64,000 bases of DNA, from assembly GCA_016709005.1 (NCBI GenBank), contig JADJEU010000002.1:44941-108940 (forward strand), read 5' to 3'. Shown here piece by piece: positions 40,683 to 48,933 of the stretch. Under the pieces are notes generated by a model. It had not been told where the DNA came from and ran no database searches. It saw only the letters and a list, made by a program, of their open reading frames with translations. Each line of letters begins with the position of its first letter. Position 1 is the stretch's first letter. The position numbers and the translations under genes are program-made. This DNA is from Crocinitomicaceae bacterium (GTDB lineage: Bacteria > Bacteroidota > Bacteroidia > Flavobacteriales_D > Crocinitomicaceae).

Positions 40683-40766
40683 TGCTTCTTATTAAAATTT
40701 CACATCACAAAGTTGAGAATGACAGGGTGAAAATTTGTTATACTTTTTTCAGATTTCCTTGTAAGA

Positions 40767-41327
40767 TTAAACCTCATCCAGAGGTTTGCGTTTAGTTGTT
40801 TTCAAATTTTTAAAATAGCTGGCAGTGAGTCCGGTTACTTTTTTGAACTGATTACTGAGATGACCCACGCTTGAATAATTAAGCTGATCCGCAATCTCAC
40901 CCAATGTAAGTTCATCATAAACCAAGAGTTCCTTTACACGCTCAATTTTTTGTGCAATAAAATACTTTTCAATTGTCGTACCTTCTACCTCTGAAAATAA
41001 ACTGGCAAGAAATTTATACTCATGATTTAATTTGTCGCTCAAATAATCTGAAAGATTTTGTTTCAACTCGCCATTGCGTTGGTGAACCAATTCGACAATT
41101 AACGTTTTTGTTTTTTCAATCAACTGACTTTTTCGATCGTCAATCAAAGCAAAACCTAGTTTTTGCAACGCATTATTCAAATCAGATTTTTCAGATTTTG
41201 ATAACTCGTCTGCTAATTCAATCTCACCTAACTGAACTGAACGCGCATTCAATCCAAGCCTTTTCAACTCTGATTCAACCACCATAATGCAGCGGTTGCA
41301 AACCATATTTTTTACGTAGAGTTTCAT
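40767..41327 (-). CDS. AraC-family transcriptional regulator with an HMA-like N-terminal domain
   Basis: MKLYVKNMVCNRCIMVVESEL (HMA-like fold with CxxC) followed by an AraC HTH (LGEIADQLNYSSVGHLSNQFKKVTGLT). Confidence 0.85.
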   Translation of the reverse strand: MKLYVKNMVCNRCIMVVESELKRLGLNARSVQLGEIELADELSKSEKSDLNNALQKLGFALIDDRKSQLIEKTKTLIVELVHQRNGELKQNLSDYLSDKLNHEYKFLASLFSEVEGTTIEKYFIAQKIERVKELLVYDELTLGEIADQLNYSSVGHLSNQFKKVTGLTASYFKNLKTTKRKPLDEV

Positions 41328-41427
41328 GACTTCTGCTTTTGACGAAATTACGATTATTAGACAAGATTGGAATTACAGAATTGGCACAAATCGTTATAGA
41401 ATTTCCTAAGTCTAGAAAATTGAGTAA

Positions 41428-43271
41428 TTAAATCACCTGTTGAATTTCACAGAGTGATTTATAATAACCGTCTTTAGCAATGAGTTCTGTATGTGTGCCT
41501 TGCTCAACAATTTCACCTTTGCGTAAAACGATAATGTGATCAGCACCTTTAATTGTGCTTAAACGATGTGCAATAACCAATGATGTTCTATTCTTCATTA
41601 ATTTTTCAAGTGCATCCTGAACTAATTTTTCAGATTCAGTATCGAGTGCTGAAGTTGCTTCATCCAATATCATAATAGGCGCATTGGTCAACACCGCACG
41701 TGCAATACTTAAACGTTGCTTCTGCCCTCCTGATAATTTGTTTCCGCGATCGCCAATGTTGGTGTCGTATCCATTTTCAAATGACAAAATGAAGTCGTGT
41801 GCGTTAGCAATTTTTGCAGCCGCAATGATTTCTTCGTCGGTAGCTTTGTCGACTCCAAACGCAATGTTGTTTTTGATGGTATCATTGAACAAAATTGATT
41901 CTTGCGTCACCATACTGATCATGGTGCGCAAATCTTTTTTGGTCAGATCTTTTACATTGACATCATCAATTTTTACAGCACCTGACTTTACATCGTAGAA
42001 ACGTGGAATCAAATCAGAAATGGTAGATTTTCCGCTACCCGATTCACCAACTAGCGCAACTACTTTTCCTTTAGGCAAGGTGAACGAAACATTCTTTAAG
42101 ACTGGTTCGTCGGTATAGGAGAACGAAACATTTTCAAATTTTACGGCTTGATCCAAAGTTGATTTTTGAATTGGATTTTTTGGATCTTCAATAGAATCTG
42201 TGAGATTAATAATGTGATTGATGCGATCCATCGATGCTGAAGCTTTGCTCATAAACGCCATACCACCCGCAATGCTGCTGATTGGTCTGAGCAATTGTGA
42301 AAACACGATGATAAACGCAATAAATTCCTCACCAGACATCGCTGACTCAGTATCCTCCAAAATAATTACGCCACCAAACCAAACGATGGAAATCATCACA
42401 CACGCTCCTAAAAATTCATTCAGCGGTGAAGACAATTCTCTTTTTCGAAATGCGCGTGTCATCAAATTCTGGTGGTGATTATTCTCGTGTTCAAAACGAT
42501 CGTATGCTTTTTTCTCAGCTGTAAATGCTTTAATCACTCGAACACCGCTTAGCGACTCCTCAACAACAGACGTGAGTTGCCCCATTTGTTTTTGTGCTTT
42601 TGAAGAAGTCCGTTTTAAACTCTTACCAATACGTGAAATGAAAAAGGCGCTGACTGGCATTAATATCAAAGAGAATAAAGTCAGTTGTGGGCTCCAATAA
42701 AATAAGATTGACAAGTGAATGACAACAGACAAGGGATCTCTGAAAATCATTTCCAAAGCATACACAACCGCTATCTCAATCTCTCCAACATCAGAGGTTA
42801 TGCGTGACATCAAATCACCTTTTTTCTCTTCTGAAAAATAGGCCATTGGAAGTTGAACCGATTTTCCAAACAGCGCTGCACGTAAATCTCTTACAACCGC
42901 CATTCTTAAAAAAGATTGATGCCAGATGGCGCCGTAACGGAATAAATTTTTCAAAAGAAAGCCGCCAAAACGGTCATACAAATAAAGAGTAGCGCTCCTT
43001 TAAAACCATTAGCGGCTATATAATCAGCCATCATGTAATCGTAGTAATCGCCAAAATATTTGAAGAGCGATTCTTTGGTTTCCCAATTTGGCATTGTCGC
43101 TAATGCTAATTCGGCTCGCTTTTCAGGATCAAAAATCAATTGCAAAAACGGCACAAAAAGCACCAGTGAAATCAAATTGAAAATCACAAAAAGAATATTG
43201 TAAAAAATGACAGAGATTGCCGTTTTACGATAGCTGAATGATAATTTAAATATTTGAAGAAATCCTTTCAC
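41428..43271 (-). pseudogene. ABC exporter, fused permease/ATPase (MsbA-like), split by a 1-nt frameshift
   Basis: The N-terminal 106-aa ORF ends ...MTVLAAFF-TGA. The other frame continues LKNLFRYGAIWHQSFL... into the 517-aa ORF (Walker A GESGSGKST, LSGGQKQR, ILDEATS). The frames switch at the A4 run 42953..42956 (T4 on the coding strand). Confidence 0.85.
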
Positions 43272-43472
43272 TGTTTCAAAAGTAGCTTGAATTTTGGCAT
43301 AACGATAAATTTCAGGTATTGTTTTTCAAATCATCGAAGCATTTAGTCTTTTCTTCCAGCTTTAATCAAATCATGATTTTAAAGAGACAATTTAAGATAC
43401 TTAGCAACCAGTGAATAGTTTTCACGCTGATTCTAATAGATATGAAAAATCTAGAAGAAGCTTGCTAACTAA

Positions 43473-43539
43473 ATTGCCACAAAGGCACTAAGACGCTAAG
43501 CTGCTTTGATTTCTTTGTGCCTTGGCGGCTTAGTGGCAA
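43473..43539. repeat. family A repeat, full element (imperfect long hairpin)
   Basis: ATTGCCACAAAGGCACTAAGACGCTAAGC ... CTTTGTGCCTTGGCGGCTTAGTGGCAA. The arms pair imperfectly. The first 14 nt are identical to 4175..4188. Confidence 0.65.
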
Positions 43540-43594
43540 AAATTCCAAGACAATACTTCAAGGTAGTTAGATGGAATTTCCACAGATTTTGCAC

Positions 43595-43638
43595 GCAGAT
43601 TACCGCAGATTTGATTCAAGAACATCTGCGTAATCTGC
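43595..43638. repeat. family F (CACAGAT/ATCTGYG word) hairpin
   Basis: GCAGATTACCGCAGAT - 13 nt - ATCTGCGTAATCTGC, with near-perfect 15-16 nt arms. Similar words flank the IS110 element and occur at 5066..5090. Confidence 0.6.
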
Positions 43639-43771
43639 ATGTCTTTTCTACGTCATATGCGGGAAATTCGCCACTATGTGATTCTTCGGGACGAATAGCG
43701 ATTCCACGTAACATAACTATTAAGCAGTCGTTATAAACTCAAAAACCAGAGGAAAATCTTACTTTTGTAGC

Positions 43772-44113
43772 ATGAGTTCTATTCGCCAGCAGAAATTTGA
43801 AGCGCTAATGCAGCAAGAGTTTGGAAAGTTTTTCCGGGAAGAAGCCAGAGGTGTTTGTTTAGGCGCTATGGTTACCGCTACCGGCGTACGTGTTGCACCC
43901 GACCTTTCATTTGCAAGGGTTTACCTCAGTATTTTTGGAACACCAGACATTCAGGCTGTCTATAAAAATATCCTCACTCAAAAAAATCAAATTCGTTTTG
44001 AAATGGGTAAGAGATTAGGCAAAAGTCTGCGTCGTATTCCTGAATTTGGTTTTGAAATTGACGATTCACTCGATTACTCTGAAAAAATTGATAAATTGCT
44101 GAAAGGCAAATGA
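43772..44113 (+). CDS. rbfA: ribosome-binding factor A
   Basis: 113 aa. Typical RbfA pattern (...VTATGVRVAPDLSFARVYLSIFG...). Confidence 0.9.
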   Translation: MSSIRQQKFEALMQQEFGKFFREEARGVCLGAMVTATGVRVAPDLSFARVYLSIFGTPDIQAVYKNILTQKNQIRFEMGKRLGKSLRRIPEFGFEIDDSLDYSEKIDKLLKGK

Positions 44114-45337
44114 AATCATCCTTCTTCATAGCTAAAAGGTACCTTTTCTCTAAGAAGACTCACAACGCCATTAATATAATCTCCGGCATTTCAGTTTTTG
44201 GAATTGCCATTTCAAGCGCAGCCCTTGTTATTGTGCTATCAGCTTTTAATGGCATTGAACAAATCGTCATTGAAATCAACAGCGCCTTTGAGCAAGATAT
44301 TCGTATTGAATCCAATCAAACCAAAACCTTCAACCGTGATTTTATGCCAGAGTCTATTTATAAAGTTGATGGCCTGATAAATGCAACAGAAGTAATTGAA
44401 GAAATTATTATTCTAAAAAATGATGATCGTTTTATAATCGGCCAAATCAAAGGCGTCGAACCACAATTCCTGGAGATGAGCGAAATGGAAGCTCATTTGG
44501 AAGATGGCTATCCGATTATTGAAGATGAATTTGGACCATTAGGATTAATTGGCGTTGAAGCACTTATGAATTTAGGTGGCTATGCAGACCCAACATTTGG
44601 TGAATATGATGAATTCACCGTCTACAGTTCCAAATAAAAATGTAAAATTAAAAAGCGGTAGCTACACCAGCTACATAGAGGGATTTACAACTTCAAAAAT
44701 TTCCATCTGCGGAACTTTTGCTTTCAATAAACGAATCGATGAACGTGTTTTAGTAGTACCCATTTCATATGCAGAAGAAGTGCTGAATTATGAAAACGAA
44801 ATTTCTGCTATTGAGATGTCATTTGATGCTGGTGTTGATCTGGAGTCAAAAAAACAAGAGATTTCTGAAATACTTGGAAAAGGATTTAAGGTCAAAACAC
44901 ATTTTGAACAGAATCAATTAATCTATCAAACCAGTCAACTTGAAAAATGGTTGATCATTTTGTTTTTAGGTTTTGTATTCTTCATGGTATCCTTCACACT
45001 AGTATCTTCCATTACTATGTTGGTGCTTGAAAAGAAAGATAATTTATTGACGGTGCGTGCGCTTGGAGCAAGTAAGAAACAAATTGCAAACATCTTTTTT
45101 TACGAAGGATTACTCATTAATTTTTCAGGACTCATTTTAGGTCTGGGACTTGGATACGGAATCTGCTTTCTACAACAGCAGTTCGGATTCATTATGCTGG
45201 ATGAAGAACTAGGAGAGCAATTTCCAGTCTTTTTTAAACTCAACGATTTACTTCTCATATTGTCGATAACTGTGGTTCTTGGTACCTTAGTTGCCTATTT
45301 GCCAAGCAGGTTTTTAATTAAACGTCTGATTAAATAA
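44110..45337 (+). pseudogene. LolE/FtsX-family ABC transporter permease, split by a frameshift
   Basis: The N-terminal ORF (IAKRYLFSKKTHNAINIISGISVFGIAI...) ends ...EFTVYSSK-TAA. The +1 frame reads VPNKNVKLKSGS... through the C-terminal FtsX TM bundle. The likely junction is FTVY|VPNK near 44624..44627, which is not in a homopolymer. Confidence 0.85.
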
Positions 45338-45341
45338 TCTT

Positions 45342-47135
45342 ATGAAAAAACTATTTTTCCTTTTTTTAAGCGGCCTTGTTCTGAACCTTTCAGCACAAGA
45401 TGTTATGACACCTGAATTACTTTGGAAATTAAAACGTATTGGTGAAATTGCCGTGTCACCAGATTATACAACAATTGCTTTTACACAACGTGAATATGAT
45501 GTTGCCTCAAGCAGTTCAGAAAGTAATATTTACTTGGTTGGGTTACAAGGCGAATCTGTAAGACAAATCTCCACAACCAAAGGATCAGAATACAATTTAA
45601 CCTGGTCAGCAGACAGTAAAAGCCTGATGTATCTTGCAAACAGTGCACAAGGTCCAAACATCTTTTCAATGCTTGTTGCTACTGGTGAAACAAAACAAAT
45701 TTCATTTATTGAAGGTGGTTTGGGAGGTTTCAAAATATCTGCAGATGGAAAACTTTTGGTTTACAATCAGGAAATAAAACTTGAAAAATTTACCGGTAAA
45801 GAATTTCATTCTGATATGCCAGACGCAAATGTGCGCATCATTGAGGATCTGATGTACAGACATTGGAGTGACTGGGAAGATGGTATGCGCTCACATGTGT
45901 TTTACGCAACTTCGACTGACGGTGCGTTTAAATCAAGTGGAACGGATATTATGGCTGGTGAATTATTTGAATCACCGATGAAACCATTTGGCGGAATTGA
46001 ACATTTTACAATCGCTCCAGATAACAAGACAATTCTTTATGTCTGCAAAAAATTAAGCGGAACCGAATCTGCTGTCAGCACTAATTCAGATATCTATGCC
46101 TATAACATTGAAACAAAAACGACAAGCAATCTTTCCGCAGGTATGATGGGTTATGACGTTGATCCAGCTTATTCAGCAGATGGGAAACAATTAGCCTGGT
46201 TAAGCATGAAGACCAATGGATACGAAGCAGATAAAAATGATATCGTAGTTCGCGATTTGACAACAAATCAAATTACTAATCTGACAGCTCCTTTTGATTT
46301 AACCGTTACCGCATTTACGTGGAGTCCAAAAGGAGACAAAATCTACTTCAAGTCAGTTAAAGAAGCAACCTATCAATTCTTTGAGTACGATTTTAAAAAG
46401 AAAGAAATTCGTCAAATCACAACAGGAGACAACGACTATACTTCAATTTCGTTTGCAGGAGATTATTTGATTGGTGGTCGTCAAAACATGAATCACCCAA
46501 CCGATATTTTTTCAGTTGAGATTAAATCAGGAACTCAAAAACAGCTGACCGATGTCAAAAACCGCAGAGGTCTTCCAGGATTTGGACAAGAGTGGAATGA
46601 TGCCATTCGTGAAGACTGGGGAGGCCAACCAATTAACGATTACCTTTCTGCAGTTGATGAGATGAGCAAAGAGCCTTATGTGGACGCAGATCGCTTGGGA
46701 GCAGTTGGAGCAAGTTATGGAGGTTACTCCGTCTATTATCTCGCAGGCGTGCATGAAAACCGCTTTAAATGTTTTATCTCTCATTGCGGCTTGTTCAATC
46801 TAGAAAGCTGGTATGGAACAACAGAAGAAATTTTCTTTGCAAACAGTGACATTGGAGGGCCGTACTTCGGTGCTCAGTCGCCGGCATCCTATTTAGAAGA
46901 CTCTCCTCATAAAAAAGTGAACCAATGGAACACACCTATGCTGGTTTTTCACGGTGAGCAAGATTTCAGAGTTCCGTTGAATCAAGGTTTGGAAGCTTTT
47001 CAAGCTTTACAATTGAAAGGCATTGACAGCAAACTGGTGTTGTTTCCAGATGAAAATCACTTTGTTCTGCAACCGCAAAATGCAATTATCTGGCACCGCG
47101 AATTCTATGCGTGGTTAGATAAGCACTTGAAATAG
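45342..47135 (+). CDS. S9-family serine peptidase (beta-propeller + alpha/beta hydrolase), probably carrying an internal in-frame deletion
   Basis: Signal peptide, propeller region, and catalytic triad context GASYGGY (Ser), GEQDFRVP (Asp) and DENHF (His). The usual block containing the GGP oxyanion motif before NRRG.PG.G is absent. Confidence 0.8.
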   Translation: MKKLFFLFLSGLVLNLSAQDVMTPELLWKLKRIGEIAVSPDYTTIAFTQREYDVASSSSESNIYLVGLQGESVRQISTTKGSEYNLTWSADSKSLMYLANSAQGPNIFSMLVATGETKQISFIEGGLGGFKISADGKLLVYNQEIKLEKFTGKEFHSDMPDANVRIIEDLMYRHWSDWEDGMRSHVFYATSTDGAFKSSGTDIMAGELFESPMKPFGGIEHFTIAPDNKTILYVCKKLSGTESAVSTNSDIYAYNIETKTTSNLSAGMMGYDVDPAYSADGKQLAWLSMKTNGYEADKNDIVVRDLTTNQITNLTAPFDLTVTAFTWSPKGDKIYFKSVKEATYQFFEYDFKKKEIRQITTGDNDYTSISFAGDYLIGGRQNMNHPTDIFSVEIKSGTQKQLTDVKNRRGLPGFGQEWNDAIREDWGGQPINDYLSAVDEMSKEPYVDADRLGAVGASYGGYSVYYLAGVHENRFKCFISHCGLFNLESWYGTTEEIFFANSDIGGPYFGAQSPASYLEDSPHKKVNQWNTPMLVFHGEQDFRVPLNQGLEAFQALQLKGIDSKLVLFPDENHFVLQPQNAIIWHREFYAWLDKHLK

Positions 47136-47145
47136 AAGGTTCCTT

Positions 47146-47601
47146 TTATGTCAGATTGATGCGCGTGCTGTGTTTGATCTCTTCAAGCACAATATGACTT
47201 TCAATATCCGCGATGTTTTCAATGGAAGCAACCTTGTTGACCAAAAAATCTTTGTATTCTTTGATCGATGAAAATCTAACCTTGGCAACAAAGTCGTAGG
47301 TACCTGAAGTATGATAGAGTTCTGAAATTTCATCAAGTGAAGTTAAGCTTCTCAAAAGATTGCTTCGCGCCTCCATATTATGTTCCTTAATTGTCAGGTT
47401 TAAGAAGACCACCAGACTTTTATTGACCATTTCAGGATCAATTATCGCCACATAGTTTTTAATAATTCCTTGTTTCTCCAGCTTTCGGATACGCTCATAG
47501 ATGGGCGTAACAGACAGTGAAAGCCTGTTAGAAAGGTCTTTAGCAGTGATTTTTGCATCGCCTTGAAGCAAGTCAAGTATCTTCAAATCGATCTGATCCA
47601 T
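47146..47601 (-). CDS. Lrp/AsnC-family transcriptional regulator
   Basis: 151 aa. N-terminal HTH (DLKILDLLQGDAKITAKDLSNRLSLSVTPIYERIRKLE) plus a RAM/ACT-like C-domain. Confidence 0.9.
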   Translation of the reverse strand: MDQIDLKILDLLQGDAKITAKDLSNRLSLSVTPIYERIRKLEKQGIIKNYVAIIDPEMVNKSLVVFLNLTIKEHNMEARSNLLRSLTSLDEISELYHTSGTYDFVAKVRFSSIKEYKDFLVNKVASIENIADIESHIVLEEIKHSTRINLT

Positions 47602-47734
47602 TTTCAGTGTTTTTTTCTACTAATATAGAATTTCATATAATTTTTTACTTATTTTGCGACCATATAAATTATGAAGGGGATTGTTACCCTTGAAATAATT
47701 TACTTTGACGAGATTAATTTAAAACAATCGCGAA

Positions 47735-48817
47735 ATGGCAAAAGCTAAGAAAGCACCAGCGAAAGCGGTAAAAAAAGTTGCAAAAAAACCGGTAAAAAAA
47801 GCTCCGGCTAAACCGGCTAAAAAAACAGCCGCTAAAAAACCTGTGAAGCCAGTTAAAAAGGCTCCGGCTAAACCGGTGAAAAAAATTGTAGCAAAGGCTA
47901 AGCCTGCTAAAAAAGCAGTTGCCAAAGCAAAACCAGTAAAAAAAGTTGCTGCGAAACCAGCTAAGAAAGTGGTTGCGAAAAAAGTGCAGCCAGCCAAAAA
48001 GGCTGTCGCAAAAAAGGTATCCAAACCAGTAAAAAAAGTCAGCAAGCCAGCAAAGAAGGTGAGCAAACCAGTTAAAAAAGTTGCAAAGCCCGTTAAGCAA
48101 GTTGCTAAAGTTGTAAAAAAAGCAGCCAAGCCAGCTAAAGTTTCTAAACCAGTAAAGAAAGTTGCTCCTGCAAAAAAACTAGTGGCAAAACCAACCAAAC
48201 AAGTTACCAAGGCAGCTCCAAAAGCTGCTGCAAAACCTACCCAACCAACAGCTGTTAAAACCAAACTTACTTCTGCCAAACAAAGTGCAGAAAAAACAAA
48301 CACAAAGCCAACAACAAACGTGAAAACAGAAAAGAAAACGATCGAAAAACCAGCTCCGGTCGAAACAACAAAACTTGCGAAGCCTGAGAAAAAACCAAGC
48401 AGCAAGACAACGGCAGCAGAAAGAAAAGAAGCGCTTAAACCAAGATACGTTACGCTGACTGCAGGAAAACCTAATTTGAAAAAAGTAGTGAGCAATGTCT
48501 CAAAACTTGATCCTGAAGTTAGAATAGCGCTTAAAGAATTTAACGAATCAAATGATCCGGTATACATCAGTTTCCCTTACCAAGGAAAAGAAATGAAAGG
48601 GTACATTTTCACATATGGTGGATTTGATCACCTGATCATTGCAGGTATTGCAGGCGCAGCAGCTATCAGCGACGATGATGATGATATGGATGCAATGGAT
48701 ATCGGCGACGAAACACCAGATGTTGGAGATGATGATTTAGGCGGCGACGAAGAAGAGGAAGAGGATGTAGCAGACGAACCGTATGAAGAAGAAGGCGAAG
48801 ACGACGGTGAAGACTAG
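47735..48817 (+). CDS. histone H1-like Lys/Ala/Pro-repeat protein with an unknown middle domain and a poly-acidic C-terminal tail
   Basis: About 190 aa of degenerate AKKPVKK/AKPAKK repeats, then a Thr/Lys-rich linker and a non-repetitive segment (PRYVTLTAGKPNLKK...ISFPYQGKEMKGYIFTYGGFDHLIIAG). In the final 49 aa I count about 30 Asp/Glu. A clean terminator follows. Confidence 0.7.
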   Translation: MAKAKKAPAKAVKKVAKKPVKKAPAKPAKKTAAKKPVKPVKKAPAKPVKKIVAKAKPAKKAVAKAKPVKKVAAKPAKKVVAKKVQPAKKAVAKKVSKPVKKVSKPAKKVSKPVKKVAKPVKQVAKVVKKAAKPAKVSKPVKKVAPAKKLVAKPTKQVTKAAPKAAAKPTQPTAVKTKLTSAKQSAEKTNTKPTTNVKTEKKTIEKPAPVETTKLAKPEKKPSSKTTAAERKEALKPRYVTLTAGKPNLKKVVSNVSKLDPEVRIALKEFNESNDPVYISFPYQGKEMKGYIFTYGGFDHLIIAGIAGAAAISDDDDDMDAMDIGDETPDVGDDDLGGDEEEEEDVADEPYEEEGEDDGED

Positions 48818-48840
48818 TCAATTCCAATAAATTTTTACAA

Positions 48841-48870
48841 AAAGCCTGAAAGAGATTTCGGGCTTTTTTT
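48841..48870 (+). terminator. rho-independent terminator of the H1-like gene
   Basis: GCCTGAAA / TTTCGGGC stem (7 of 8 pairs) followed by a T7 run. Confidence 0.75.
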
Positions 48871-48901
48871 GTACCCAGAAAAAATCAAACGTAACTTTTC
48901 C

Positions 48902-48932
48902 AGACCTCTTTCATTATCCTGCAAAAGAGGTC
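48902..48932 (+). promoter_or_regulatory. perfect 10-bp hairpin abutting the start codon of the 48934 gene
   Basis: AGACCTCTTT (48902..48911) pairs with AAAGAGGTCT (48923..48932). The loop is 11 nt. The ATG is at 48934. Confidence 0.5.
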
Positions 48933-48933
48933 T

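Noticed and set aside
43506-43736. 76-aa ORF in the large intergenic region upstream of rbfA
   Set aside because: It is built from the family A and family F hairpin elements, with no coding-like composition.
47735-48300. Repetitive DNA considered as a CRISPR array or non-coding tandem repeat
   Set aside because: The units are degenerate, have no fixed period and no repeat-spacer structure. The stretch lies in one continuous open frame encoding AKKP-type repeats. No cas genes are nearby.
47714-48567. Two long antisense ORFs (128 aa and 282 aa) opposite the H1-like gene
   Set aside because: They are mirror images of the Lys/Ala/Pro repeat DNA and translate to Phe/Leu/Gly-rich low-complexity strings. 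The sense frame has a clean start, a non-repetitive C-terminal half and a terminator.
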